From: Dirinaria sp. TL-2023a
Taxonomy: Eukaryota
Direction: 5' to 3'
Assembly (NCBI GenBank): GCA_051941275.1
Contig: JAVEBF010000069.1
Location: 1 to 34,820 of the forward strand
DNA: 34,820 bases
In this document: one piece after another, positions 23,593-34,820 of the stretch
How the letters are laid out: each line of letters starts with the position of its first letter
Numbering within the stretch: the stretch's first letter is position 1
The notes under the pieces: generated by a model
What the model was told of the DNA's origin: nothing
What the model saw: only the letters and a program-made list of their open reading frames with translations
Database searches by the model: none
Position numbers and translations under genes: made by a program

Positions 23593-26500
23593 ATGTCGCT
23601 CTTACCACCAGAAATCACTGCAGCTTTGAATCAGCTTCTCGAGGGACTATCCTCAAAAGACAATAACACTAGAACGCTTGCAGAGGATCAGCTCAACAAC
23701 GAGTGGGTTGCTAAACGTCCAGATGTCCTCCTCGTAGGCTTGGTTCTCCAGACACAAAATTCTTCTGACCCCGCGGTAAGGCCTCGCATGCAGCCCTCAA
23801 TGTTCCCCACTCCTCAAAGCAGCGACACTTCACTGACATACTATTGTGGCGCTTGAACAGACCCGATCTTTCGCTGCAGTGCTCTTTCGCCGCATTGCAA
23901 CAAAGGCTAGAAAACTGCCCAGCAGCGATGATTCGACGGAGCTATACAGCACGCTGCAAACAAGCCAAAAGGAATTCATACGAGCAAAGCTACTGGAATG
24001 CTTGCACGGCGAAACACTGCTGCACGTCAGGCACAAGGTCTCCGATGCCGTTGCTGAAATTGCGCGCCAGTACGCCGACTCGGGTACGTCACTAAGATGG
24101 ACTGAAGCCTCAGGAGTTTGGCTGACGAGATATGGTAGATGAAAGCTGGCCCGAGCTTCTGCACGCGCTCTTCGCCGCCAGTCAGTCGCCTGACGCAGCT
24201 CAACGAGAAGGCGCCTTCCGCATATTCACGGCGACCCCTGGTATAATAGAAAAGCAACATGAGGCTGCAGTGCTCGGCGCCTTTTCCAAAGGCTTCAAAG
24301 ACCCAGACGTTTCCGTGCGCTACCCTGAGCAGCTGACCAAAGTAATTTATTAATTGCGATACAGGTCCGATTAGCGGCGATGGAGGCCTTCTCATCGTTC
24401 TTTACATCTTGCCCCAAAAAGGCACAAAAGAAATATTATCCTCTCATAGCCGAGATACTCAATATTCTTCCCCCTTTGAAAGAGTCGGGCGACTCCGACA
24501 ATCTCAGTCAAGCGCTGATGGCCTTGATCGAATTAGCAGAAGAAGCTCCGCTGATGTTCAAAACCCTATTCCATAACCTTGTCCAATTCAGCGTTTCTGT
24601 CATCTCGGACAAAGACTTGGAAAATCAAGCCCGTCAGAATGCTTTGGAGCTCATGGGTACATTCGCAGACTACAGCGCCACCATGTGCAAGAGGGATCCG
24701 TCGTATACTGCCGACATGGTTACCCAGTGTCTAAGCCTGATGACTGATGTTGGGATGGATGATGATGATGCGTCCGAGTGGAACGCCGCAGAAGATGTCA
24801 GTACGTCTCAACGTGTTTGGTAGCTATGCTTACAAATGTAGCTCGATGCTGAAGAGAGCGACCTCAATCACGTGGCTGGAGAACAGGCTATGGATCGACT
24901 TGCTAACAAGCTTGGTGGCCAAGCTGTTCTGCCTCCGACTTTCAATTGGCTTCCGAGAATGATGACATCTCAAGCATGGCGCGATCGACATGCAGCGCTT
25001 ATGGCTATCTCAGCAATTTCGGAAGGCTGCCGAGAACTCATGGTTGGCGAATTGGATAAGGTTTTGGACCTGGTTGTTCCAGCTTTGCGAGACAGTCACC
25101 CCCGAGTCCGATGGGCAGGCTGCAACGCGATGGGCCAAATGAGCACGGATTTCGCTGGTACAATGCAGTCAAAGTACCACCACATTGTCTTGGCTAATAT
25201 TATACCTGTGCTCGAGTCACCTGAGCCACGGATCCAGTCTCACGCAGCAGCAGCGCTTGTCAACTTTTGCGAAGAAGCTGAGAAAGCGACGCTCGAGCCC
25301 TACCTGGACGATCTCCTCCATCACCTACTCCTGTTGTTACGCAGTCCGAAACGGTATGTCCAAGAACAAGCGCTATCAACAATCGCTACTATAGCCGACT
25401 CCGCTGAGACAGCATTCGGCAAATACTACGGAATACTTATGCCGTTATTGTTTAATGTTTTGCGAGAAGAGCAGTCGAAAGAGTATCGACTTCTAAGAGC
25501 CAAAGCCATGGAGTGTGCCACGCTGATCGGTATGAAGCCTTCGTTCGTTTCCAACACCACTAACATTGGATATAGCTTTGGCCGTTGGCAAGGATCAGAT
25601 GGGCCAAGACGCGTTTGACCTGGTGCAGATACTGGGTACTGTGCAAGGTTTGCTTGAAAGACTCTTGACATCTATATGGTTGATTGACAAGGCGATAGGA
25701 AACATAACAGATGCAGACGATCCACAATCGCAATATCTGCTGCATTGTTGGGGTCGCATGTGTCGCGTGCTTGGGCAAGACTTCGTTCCTTATCTAGGAG
25801 GAGTCATGCCTCCCCTGATGGAATTAGCTAGTGCTAAAGCTGACATACAGCTTCTCGACGACGACGAACAAATCTCAAGCTTCCAACAAGAGGATGGCTG
25901 GGAGCTTGTACCTCTCAAAGGAAAGGTCATTGGAATTAAGACCTCCACCCTTGAAGAAAAGCACATGGCTATTGAGCTGATCCTCATCTATTCGCAACAA
26001 CTAGAAGCGGCCTTCGAGCCTTATGTTGTCGAAATCCTAGAAAAGGTCGTTCTCCCTGGCTTAGGATTCTTTTTCCATGATCCTGTACGAGTTGCATCCG
26101 CGAAAAGCGTTCCCATGCTTCTGAATTCGTACAAACTAGCGCATGGCGATCGATCCCCACAATTAGCCAAGCTCTGGGAATCAACCGTGGGAAAGGTACT
26201 GGAAGTTCTTAGTGCCGAGCCAGCAATCGATACTTTGGCTGCAATGTACCAAAGCTTCTATGAGTCGGTCGAAGTTATTGGTAAGAATTGCCTGACGACG
26301 GCACACATGCAAGCTTTCATTGAAGCTGCCAAGTCGACGCTCGAAGAGTACAGGGCGCGTGTCAAGAAGCGAGACGAGGAGACTCAAGAAACCGAGGAGG
26401 GCGAGGAGCTTTCAGAAGACGAGATGGTAGCAATAGAGGACGATCAGACTCTGCTCTCCGACATGAACAAAGCTTTCCACACGATCTTCAAAAACCAGGA

Positions 26501-27266
26501 GACATCCTTCTTACCTGCGTGGTCCCGCTTGATTGACTTCTACGATGCTTTTATCAATAATAAAGAGGATCCGACCCAACGCCAGTGGGCATTATGCATC
26601 ATGGACGATGTTCTCGAATTTTGCGGTGATCAGAGCTGGAGCTACCAATTGCACATACGACAGCCACTGATCGATGGTATGCGAGATGATGTGCCTGCAA
26701 ATCGGCAAGCAGCCTGCTATGGCGTCGGTATCGCAGCTCAGAAGGGTGGTGCACCCTGGTCAGATTTCGTTGCAGAGAGTCTGCCAATCCTGTTCGCGGC
26801 TTGTCAACGCCCAGACGCACGAGAGGAGGATCATAATTTTGCCACCGAGAATGCCTGTGCCAGTATCGCTAAGATCCTTCAAGCCAATCCTAGCAAGGTA
26901 CCGAACGTGCAGGAAGTTGTGGCCCACTGGATCAATACCTTGCCGGTGGTAAATGACGAGGAAGCTGCTCCGTACGCCTACATGTTTCTGGCACACTTGA
27001 TAGACCAGTGAGTTTGTCTGGATGAGCTCACCGAGCAATGGCTAACACTAGAAACCAGGCATAACCCAGCCGTGATCGCTGCCGCTTCCTCGGTTTTCTT
27101 AGCCATTGTGAAAGCCCTCGAAGCGGAGACCCTGCAAGGTGTTACCGCGGGGAGAGTCGTAGCAGCTGCGAAGAGTCTAGTGCAAATGGCCGGAATCGAT
27201 GCTAATGGCCTGCTGGCAAGCCTAAGCCTAGAAACGCAGCAGAAGGTCAGGGCTTGGTTTGCATGA
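23593..27266 (+). CDS. KAP121: Importin beta-3 / karyopherin (Kap121/Pse1/Sal3), multi-exon HEAT-repeat protein
   Basis: MSLLPPEI...[89 protein letters not shown]; about seven short introns. Confidence 0.93.
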
Positions 27267-27558
27267 TGATCGATGACAGCATGAGTCAGCTTAATATGAA
27301 TGGACTGTGAAAGACGGGCGCATTGGACATCGATTATGTTTGGCCTGGGGATGGAGCTATCTGGCTAGACGATCTGTGGTGCTGCATTATCGGATGCTTG
27401 TACTGCTTTATTCAGCAATGTAAGCATGTCTTGGGGAGAGTGCCTCAAGATGGTGCTCTGAAGATTGTTGAATGGAAGATTACCCGTGATATCCTCATGA
27501 TATCCGTGCGAATGCCTTAGATATGTGTGCACGGCTTACAGGTCACCAAAGCTTGTTG

Positions 27559-27596
27559 AGGTAAGGTAAGGTAAGGTACCTTACCTTATGTACCTA
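27559..27596. promoter_or_regulatory. AAGGT-repeat element containing a perfect 22-bp palindrome TAAGGTAAGGTACCTTACCTTA (27567-27588) upstream of CCT7
   Basis: The palindrome is read directly from the sequence; a regulatory role is inferred only from its position about 300 bp before the ATG. Confidence 0.5.
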
Positions 27597-27879
27597 ATTC
27601 ACTGCAAGAGGGAAGAGTGCCAAGACCTGGCACCTCGCGCCAAACGCGTCTTTACCTTACTTGGGGTTGGAAAAAGGTAGCAAGAAATAGACATGCATGT
27701 CCTCTCTAAATAACAGTAGACTTTTTTTAAAAAAAATAAAATAAAATAAACAATCCTCCAACGAAATTCTCCCTGACCATACACCAAAACAAAGAATGCA
27801 AGACTTCAAAATATAAGTGTACAAATACCAACGCAAGCTTCGATGATTTTTTAAATCACCCTCTGAACACTTGCCTGAA

Positions 27880-29824
27880 ATGTCTTTCGGTGGGCAGACG
27901 CCTACAATTATTGTGCTCAAAGAAGGTACCGATGCTTCACAGGGGAAAGGCCAAATCATATCGAATATCCAGGCATGCTTGGCTGTACAGGATACCATAA
28001 GAAGCACATTGGGTCCTTACGGTGGAGACCTGTTACTTGTGGATACGAACGGAAAGCAAACTATCACCAATGATGGCGCAACCGTTATGAAAGTGAGGAA
28101 ACCGGTTATTCGCTCAGAAGCTCATTTACTGATCCACATGCCTAGCTACTAGATATTGTCCACCCCGCAGCGCGAATCCTTACAGATATAGCCCGCTCAC
28201 AAGACGCTGAAGTTGGGGACGGTACAACGTCGGTCGTCGTACTGGCCGGCGAGATTCTCAAAGAGATCAAGGAACATGTGGAACAAGGTGTTAGTTCGCA
28301 GACAATTGTCAAAGGTCTGAGAAGAGCGTCCGCTATGGCTGTGAACAAAATCAAGGAGGTCGCTGTCAGTACGAATGAGAGCAATAAGCGGGACACTTTG
28401 AGAAGACTAGCTGCTACGGCGATGAGTAGCAAATTAATTCATCGGAATGCGGACTTCTTCACCAAGAGTACGCCCTGGACGCACTCTGTTCATGTAAGAG
28501 GCAAGATGATGCTAACGTTGTCTAGTGGTTGTCGATGCTGTGCTCTCCTTAGATCAGGACGACCTCAATGAGAAATTGATTGGTATTAAAAAAATCACGG
28601 GAGGGGCATTACAAGACTCTCTGTTCGTGAATGGCGTGGCTTTTAAGAAGACGTTCTCATACGCTGGATTTGAACAGCAACCGAAGAGCTTCAAAGATCC
28701 AAAGATTGTTTGCTTAAATGTTGAACTTGAACTCAAGAGCGAAAAGGATAACGCCGAAGTTCGAGTGGATCAGGTGTCAGACTACCAAGCAATTGTGGAT
28801 GCCGAATGGCAAATCATCTACAACAAGATGGAGGCACTGTATCAGACAGGAGCGAAAGTGGTTTTGAGCAAATTACCAATAGGTGATTTAGCTACACAGT
28901 CAGTGTTCAGTGTATCAGCGGGGAAACAGCGCTAACTTTTGCCTACCGTAGGTACTTTGCTGATCGGGATGTATTCTGTGCTGGTCGAGTCTCATCAGAC
29001 GATCTCGACCGTGTGGTCGAAGCCACTGGAGGAATCATCTCATCGACGTGCTCTGACATCCAAGCGCAACATCTCGGTTCTTGCGAAAGATTCGAAGAAC
29101 GCCAAATTGGAGGCGAGAGATTTAACTTTTTTGAAGGGTGTCCTGCAGCTAAGACCTGCACGTTAGTGTTACGAGGCGGAGCTGAGCAGTTCATTGCGGA
29201 GGTCGAGAGAAGTTTACACGACGCCATCATGATTGTCAAGCGAGCAATCAGGAATAACAGTATTGTTGCAGGTGGAGGTGCCTGCGAGGTGGGTGCGCGG
29301 CTACATTTAGCCTTCGAACTTCTCACTAACGCGGTCTCGCAGATGGAAATTTCGGCATATCTTCACAAGTTTGCAGATCAGAATGTCCCAAGAAAACAAC
29401 AAGCCATTATCAAATCGTTTGCTAAAGCTCTCGAAATAATACCTCGACAGCTGTGCGACAATGCTGGCTTTGACGCAACCAACATACTCACCCGTTTACG
29501 GGTCGAGCACCGGCAGGGTAATGTCTGGGCAGGGGTCGATTTCGAGACAGAGGGTGTGAGAGATAACCTCAAAGCCTTCGTATGGGAACCAAGCCTGGTG
29601 AAAGTCAACGCTATCCAGGCGGCAGTAGAAGCGGCCTGCCTGATCTTGAGCGTAGATGAGACCATCAGTACGTTTCCAAGCCTCGTTCCTTGCACGGAGA
29701 TTCTAGCTAACTTCAATCAGAGAACGAGCAGTCAGAGCAGCCGCAAGCCCCACAACGAGGTTTGCCCCCCGGCGCTGCTCAAAGAGCGCTCAGGGGCAGG
29801 GGCAGAGGGATGCCAAGGAGATAA
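27880..29824 (+). CDS. CCT7: T-complex protein 1 subunit eta (CCT7), multi-exon
   Basis: [76 protein letters not shown] and C-terminal [10 protein letters not shown] with stop at 29822-29824. Confidence 0.96.
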
Positions 29825-30064
29825 TCGTACCTGTCTACGAATTTCATGTAATCAAGCGTTCCGTGAGATGGATTTAAAGTGGACCATACTACGGGTCACT
29901 TTAGAGCCTGTACACCAATAGATAAAATGGATTTCTCATTGAAAATATCCTCTGCAAAACTTTATGTAGATGCTATCCGCAATCATAACAATCAGCACCT
30001 CGATACGGCATCTCAATCAATCAGCCGGTACGCCTGCCATATCCTACATTTGAATGTAATCATA

Positions 30065-30677
30065 TCATTTCTTTCCATGCCCGCCATCCCCTGCGCCGCC
30101 GTCGTTGCTCATTATGTTCCCTTCGCCCTCCCCACTTTCCTCCCCGCCCATATCATCCCACGCATCGTCATCCGCATGAGCGTCAACGACTCCTTGCTCC
30201 TGACCCGCCATTTCCAGGTCGTCATCTCCCTCTTGTGATACTATTCCATACCCTTTCCTCCGGCGCTTCCTATCAAGCATGCGCTTGTGGTACATAGCAC
30301 ACAAGCCTAGCGCTGCCAGCGACCCTACAACGTTGGCGGCAATGTCTATAGCGTCGAAGTTTCTGCCGTTCGGCAGGAGACTTTGCAGGACTTCGGAGCC
30401 GAGGCCCAGACCGAAAGTAACCGCAAGCAGCGTAAGGTGTAGGACGCGGCGACGGCTGGTATCAAGGATCCAATAGAAGGTGATGGTGAGTAGGAAGAAA
30501 GTAACGAAATGTAGGAATTTGTCATTCAATTGAGGTATATGGATTGCCGAGAAACCAAGATACGCAGCAAGTAGTGTGAGGAAAAGGAACGCGCCTGGGA
30601 TCCATGAGTCGAGCCCTGCTATCTGAAGTCCAGATCCAGACCTGGGGCCTACCTGCGAAAGGGTAACGTATCCGCAT
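30065..30677 (-). CDS. VanZ-like family small membrane protein; exons 30677-30653 and 30594-30065
   Basis: MRIRYPFAG|AFLFLTLLAAYLG, NDKFLHFVTF, GSEVLQSLLPNGRNFDAIDIAANVVG (VanZ-like pattern) and an acidic C-terminal tail. Confidence 0.8.
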
Positions 30678-30970
30678 GGCCACTGCTATCGGAATATAGG
30701 CAGGAGGCAAGAGAAGTTCACGGGTCGACCATCACCATGCACATTTGGAGGCAGAGGACGGCGATCATGTCAGAGTCAATCAGTAATGCAGGTTTGCGAA
30801 GAATGATCGCTCCCTGCAGTCAGAGAAGTCTGACGTTGCTTACTACATTCAGCCTCGAGCTTCAAGCCGAGGAGCCTCTCCCTGGGCGCAGCAAGACTGC
30901 TGACTCATCAAACCCAATAATCAGCTTGGGGTTAGGGTTCCGTCACTTCAGCTCTCCCGTCGGATTCGGC

Positions 30971-31004
30971 AGTACCTTAAGGTACCTTACCTGACTTACC
31001 TAAG
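30971..31004. promoter_or_regulatory. AAGGTA/TACCTT motif cluster in the divergent VanZ-like/SPT7 promoter, including palindrome GTACCTTAAGGTAC (30972-30985)
   Basis: Read directly; same motif family as 27559-27596 and 16601-16616. Function is inferred. Confidence 0.45.
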
Positions 31005-31246
31005 ATAGACTTCAGTCCAACCTTTACGTAGAACACTCACCCAAATTGCAGCCAACTTTGCCATCAAATCCTCACCACCAACCATCTCCAAAAGCTTCAA
31101 AACTTCGTCAACCATCCCTCCACGATGTTAGCTATCGCGCAATGTACATTATACTAGATCGCGACCCATCATCGACGCCGCAACATCGGTGCTCCCTTCG
31201 CGGAGCGGCCCCCCCCATGTTCAGGCGAGGGGCCATGATTTGAGCG

Positions 31247-34200
31247 ATGTCACTCAGAAATAACTTTGTCCATTCCCATTCAACGCTTGCCTCTCAAGTC
31301 CGCGACGCGCTTCAGATGAATGGCTTTCCTGTACACTCTGCTAGGTCGCGCTCACCCAATGGCCTCCAACCACTGCATCTTACGAATACTGCTGAGAGCG
31401 ATCCGGGAGCCGATGACGACCCCAAGCTATCTGTCTTTCGAGAACTGATACAGAAGAGCGAGGCACGTTTCGGAACGTTGTTTGGCGGGGAGAACGCAGG
31501 GGATGATGAGAAAGAGCACGACGGCGACCATATTGTCACTGAACACCAACGGAGCCACACCGTAGAGGTGGTTCAACCGAAGGTTGTCCCCCCTCCTAAG
31601 AAGCCCGCTAGGACCATTGAAGAAGACGACTATGACGATGATGATTCTGGGGACGAGGAAGATGCGCCGGTGAATGTCTCACCCCTGAAGGCCAAGAGCA
31701 CAGGCATTCCCGCCCTTCCTGGACTCCTGTCAACACCCGTGCGCAGGCCATTGTCGATCGGTTCCGGCCCAAACAGCGCGAAAGCCACGCCGTCCACAAA
31801 TGTGGCCAAGACTTCAGAAGACATTCGCAAGAAGCTCGAAGAGGATAAGAAGGCGTCCGAAGATGCTGCCAAACGAAGCTTTCACACGGAATTCCATACC
31901 CTGGAAAATGACAAGGATGCAATGCTGGACCAGAAAAGGCTCGAGGAATCTGACCGCCAAGTCGATGTGGAGATGAATGGTAGCAGTAACCATGGGGCTA
32001 ACGTGCATGGCACTTCAGGCAATGGTCAGCAAGGCACATTGAGCCAGACCAACCTCGGCGCTTCGAGTCTTACACTCAAACATCTTATTGCTCGTATTGA
32101 TGCCAAACGAAACATGGTGAAATCTTCTGATGCGGAATTAAGAAGTCTCATGAGTGAGGTCCGGAAAAACCGGAGTAAATGGGCAAACGAAGATAGAGTT
32201 GGTCAAGAAGAGCTCTATGAAGCTGCCGAGAAGGTTTTAAATGAGCTCAAAGCTATGACCGAGCACTCGTCTGCGTTCCTGACAAGGGTTAACAAGAGGG
32301 AGGCTCCTGACTATTCCAACGGTATCCATACCCACACCTAATCGAGAAGCTTTGACTAATGATTGCACGTCTCAGTCATCAAACATCCAATGGATTTGGG
32401 TTCTATGACGAAGAAGCTCAAAGCTATTCAATACAAGTCGAAGCAAGAATTCGTCGACGATCTCAATCTCATCTGGGCAAACTGTCTTAAGTATAATGCT
32501 AATCCAGAACATTTCCTGCGTCGTCACGCTTTGTTCATGCGCAAAGAAACAGAGAAGCTTGTGCCTTTGATTCCTGCTATCGTGATTCGTGATCGTGCCG
32601 AAGTCGAAGCCGAGGAGCGTCGGCAGCAACAGGCTGAAGCTGAAATTGACGGTGGAGAGGAGAGTGACGAAGAGCCGATCATCGCTTCGAGAGGCCGTAA
32701 AGCGCCAGGGAAAAAGACAAAGAAAGGCATTGCTCCTCGTAAAGCCCCCCCTTCAGTCTTGGAAGGCTCGCCAGCTGCAGAGAACAAACCTTCGTTGCAT
32801 TCTTTGGCAAATGGGCTCGGGTCTAACCTGAAGAGTGAGACATTGCGGGCTAGCTCCGAAAACAGAGAAGGCAGCCATAAAGACTTCGCGACACCACCTC
32901 CAGGGACGCATACTCCGGCTGGCGTTAACGGTATACTCAGCCATGATGCTACCAGTGTTCACTCCGATCCAATGGATGTCGACAGTATAGATACAACACT
33001 TAACTGTCATGGTCAATTAGCGGGTGGGATTGGTGAGGAAGTCGATCATGACGATGTCGAATATAAGGCCTGGAAGCAGGTAACAAAGAAAGACCGTGCT
33101 ACAGTGACTGCTGAGAGACATCGATTGTTCAAGGGTAATCGTATCAATCCTGAGGAACATGCTCTACTCAGAAACAAAGTTGGCATGAGACGCTGGCTAC
33201 GCAAGCAAAAACAGGCAGTGGCTGATGGAGTCTTGGGACAACTAAGAGCGGAAGCTGAAGTAACAGAGGCTGAAGAGGCAGCACCTGGGGGAGAGACTCT
33301 TGCGGAGGGTATGGAAGGGGAGGAGGAGCGGACGTTGCCTGACTACTACGATACTCTGGCGGGTATTCCTGACCTACCACCTCGTACACGGTGGAAAGAA
33401 GACAGCGAGGGTCAAGTCCAAGATCCCTCAGAAGACTTCCTTCGCGTCTTACCCCAAGGACTGTTCATTTCTGGCGATAGCTCCTTGACCAGAAAAATCA
33501 AAGACAACATGCGCCAGATGCAACAGACCCGAAAGGTGTGCTCGAAGATCGGGGTCGTAAAGCAAATGCAAATTCAAGCACAAGTAGGTGATTCAGGAAT
33601 GACAACCATGAGCGGCTTGCTAATAACTCATAGATGTATCATGGCCAATTCCAGAAGCACGAGCCTTTACCTCTAATAGAGCAGGACATTGAGCCTCATG
33701 TCATGTCAGACGAAGGTCCAGTAGTATCGCCCTGGGTTTCCCGAGCCGCGCTTCAGCGCTCTGTTGCAGCAGTTTGCTTTCATGCAGGCTTCGAAGAATT
33801 CCAGCCTTCTGCGCTTGATGCATTTACCGAGATCGCAGGAGACTATTTTACTAAGCTTGCTGCGTCGTTGGTGGGATATTCTCAAACGCCTAAGGTCGCT
33901 GTTCAATCGCCTTTATCAGATACGGCAGGCGAAGCTCAAGTGACATGGAAGTCTAGGTTTAGCCAGGAAGAGATGATCCTTCACAGCCTACAGGATAGCG
34001 GAACTGATTTGGATGCGCTCGATACTTATGTTTCAGAGGACATTGACCGCGCCGGCAACAGGTTCACAACCATGCATGATCGGATGAAGGCTCACCTTGC
34101 CGATCTGCTCCGTCCGGCTCTCCACGATGCAGGCCCTGACGGATCGAATGCCTTCAACGATGGGAGCGAACAATTTATCGGAGGTGATTTCGCAGAAGAG

Positions 34201-34820
34201 CTTGGAGAGGATTTCTTCGGCTTTAAAGAACTCGGTCTTGATGTTGAATTTGGCATGGGATCATTAGGTGTACCGCTACATTTGTTGCAGAACCGCATGC
34301 ACCAAGCCAATCAAGCCCAAAATCCAGGGTGGGTCTTTCTTCTGTCGCAAAATTGTTTTCTCATAAGCATGCTAACATTTCGTTCAGCGCTCTCTCTGCT
34401 TCCGCGACATCTTTCCTCCCGACCCCACCTCCGATTCCACCACTCACGCTCGAAAGTCTCAAATCCCAGATTGGCCTGGTCCAAAACTTCTTCCTCGCGA
34501 AGCTCCACGCTCAGAACGACGCTCCCTTGGTCGAAGATGACGACCTGCCGCAGAAGCAGCGCTTCCCCAAACCTCGGTTACCGCCTACGGGGAAGATTAG
34601 CAGCCCACGGAAACGGCCGGTTAGGGAGCCTGGACCAGGCAAAGGCCATCCGAGGAAGAAGATGAAGCTCGAAGAAGCTGCGAAGGAGGCAAACGCAAAG
34701 GATGCCAAAGCCGGCGAGAAGGACAAGCCGATGCCGAAAGCAACCAAGGGAGGAGCGCAAACAGAGCGGAATCGAGGTAGCAATGCCGGCGTAAATGGAG
34801 CTGATGTCGTGAAGGAGAAG
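31247..34820 (+). CDS. SPT7: SAGA complex bromodomain subunit Spt7, 3' end beyond the window; introns 32322-32375, 33584-33633, 34329-34387
   Basis: [43 protein letters not shown], bromodomain [14 protein letters not shown]...[14 protein letters not shown], histone-fold region [13 protein letters not shown] and [12 protein letters not shown]. Confidence 0.95.

Noticed and set aside
30985..31004. CTTACCTG sequences resembling the 5' end of U1 snRNA (similar ones at 11582 and 16578)
   Set aside because: No following U1 stem-loops or Sm site are recognisable; they belong to the AAGGTA/TACCTT motif family.

Overview
Intron-containing DNA from a filamentous ascomycete (Pezizomycotina-like genes, short GT-AG introns). 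The left third (602-11304) is a three-gene, co-oriented secondary-metabolite locus that may continue beyond the left edge. It contains an O-methyltransferase, a non-reducing PKS (SAT-KS-AT-PT-ACP) with no release or methyltransferase domain and an apparent Tyr in place of the PT catalytic His, and a separate intronless ACP-ACP-C-methyltransferase gene whose two ACPs both keep the phosphopantetheine serine. This looks like a split or trans-acting methylating PKS system and is the most interesting element. The rest is mostly housekeeping genes: FMP25-like RCC1 protein, CmkB-type CaM kinase, COG3, mitochondrial uS2 (MRP4), importin beta-3 (KAP121/PSE1), CCT7, a VanZ-like membrane protein and SPT7 (cut by the window edge). 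An orphan secreted protein with 18-aa His/Pro repeats lies between the kinase and COG3. A palindromic AAGGTA/TACCTT motif family recurs about 170-490 bp upstream of most genes. All gene models and family calls were made by eye, without database searches.
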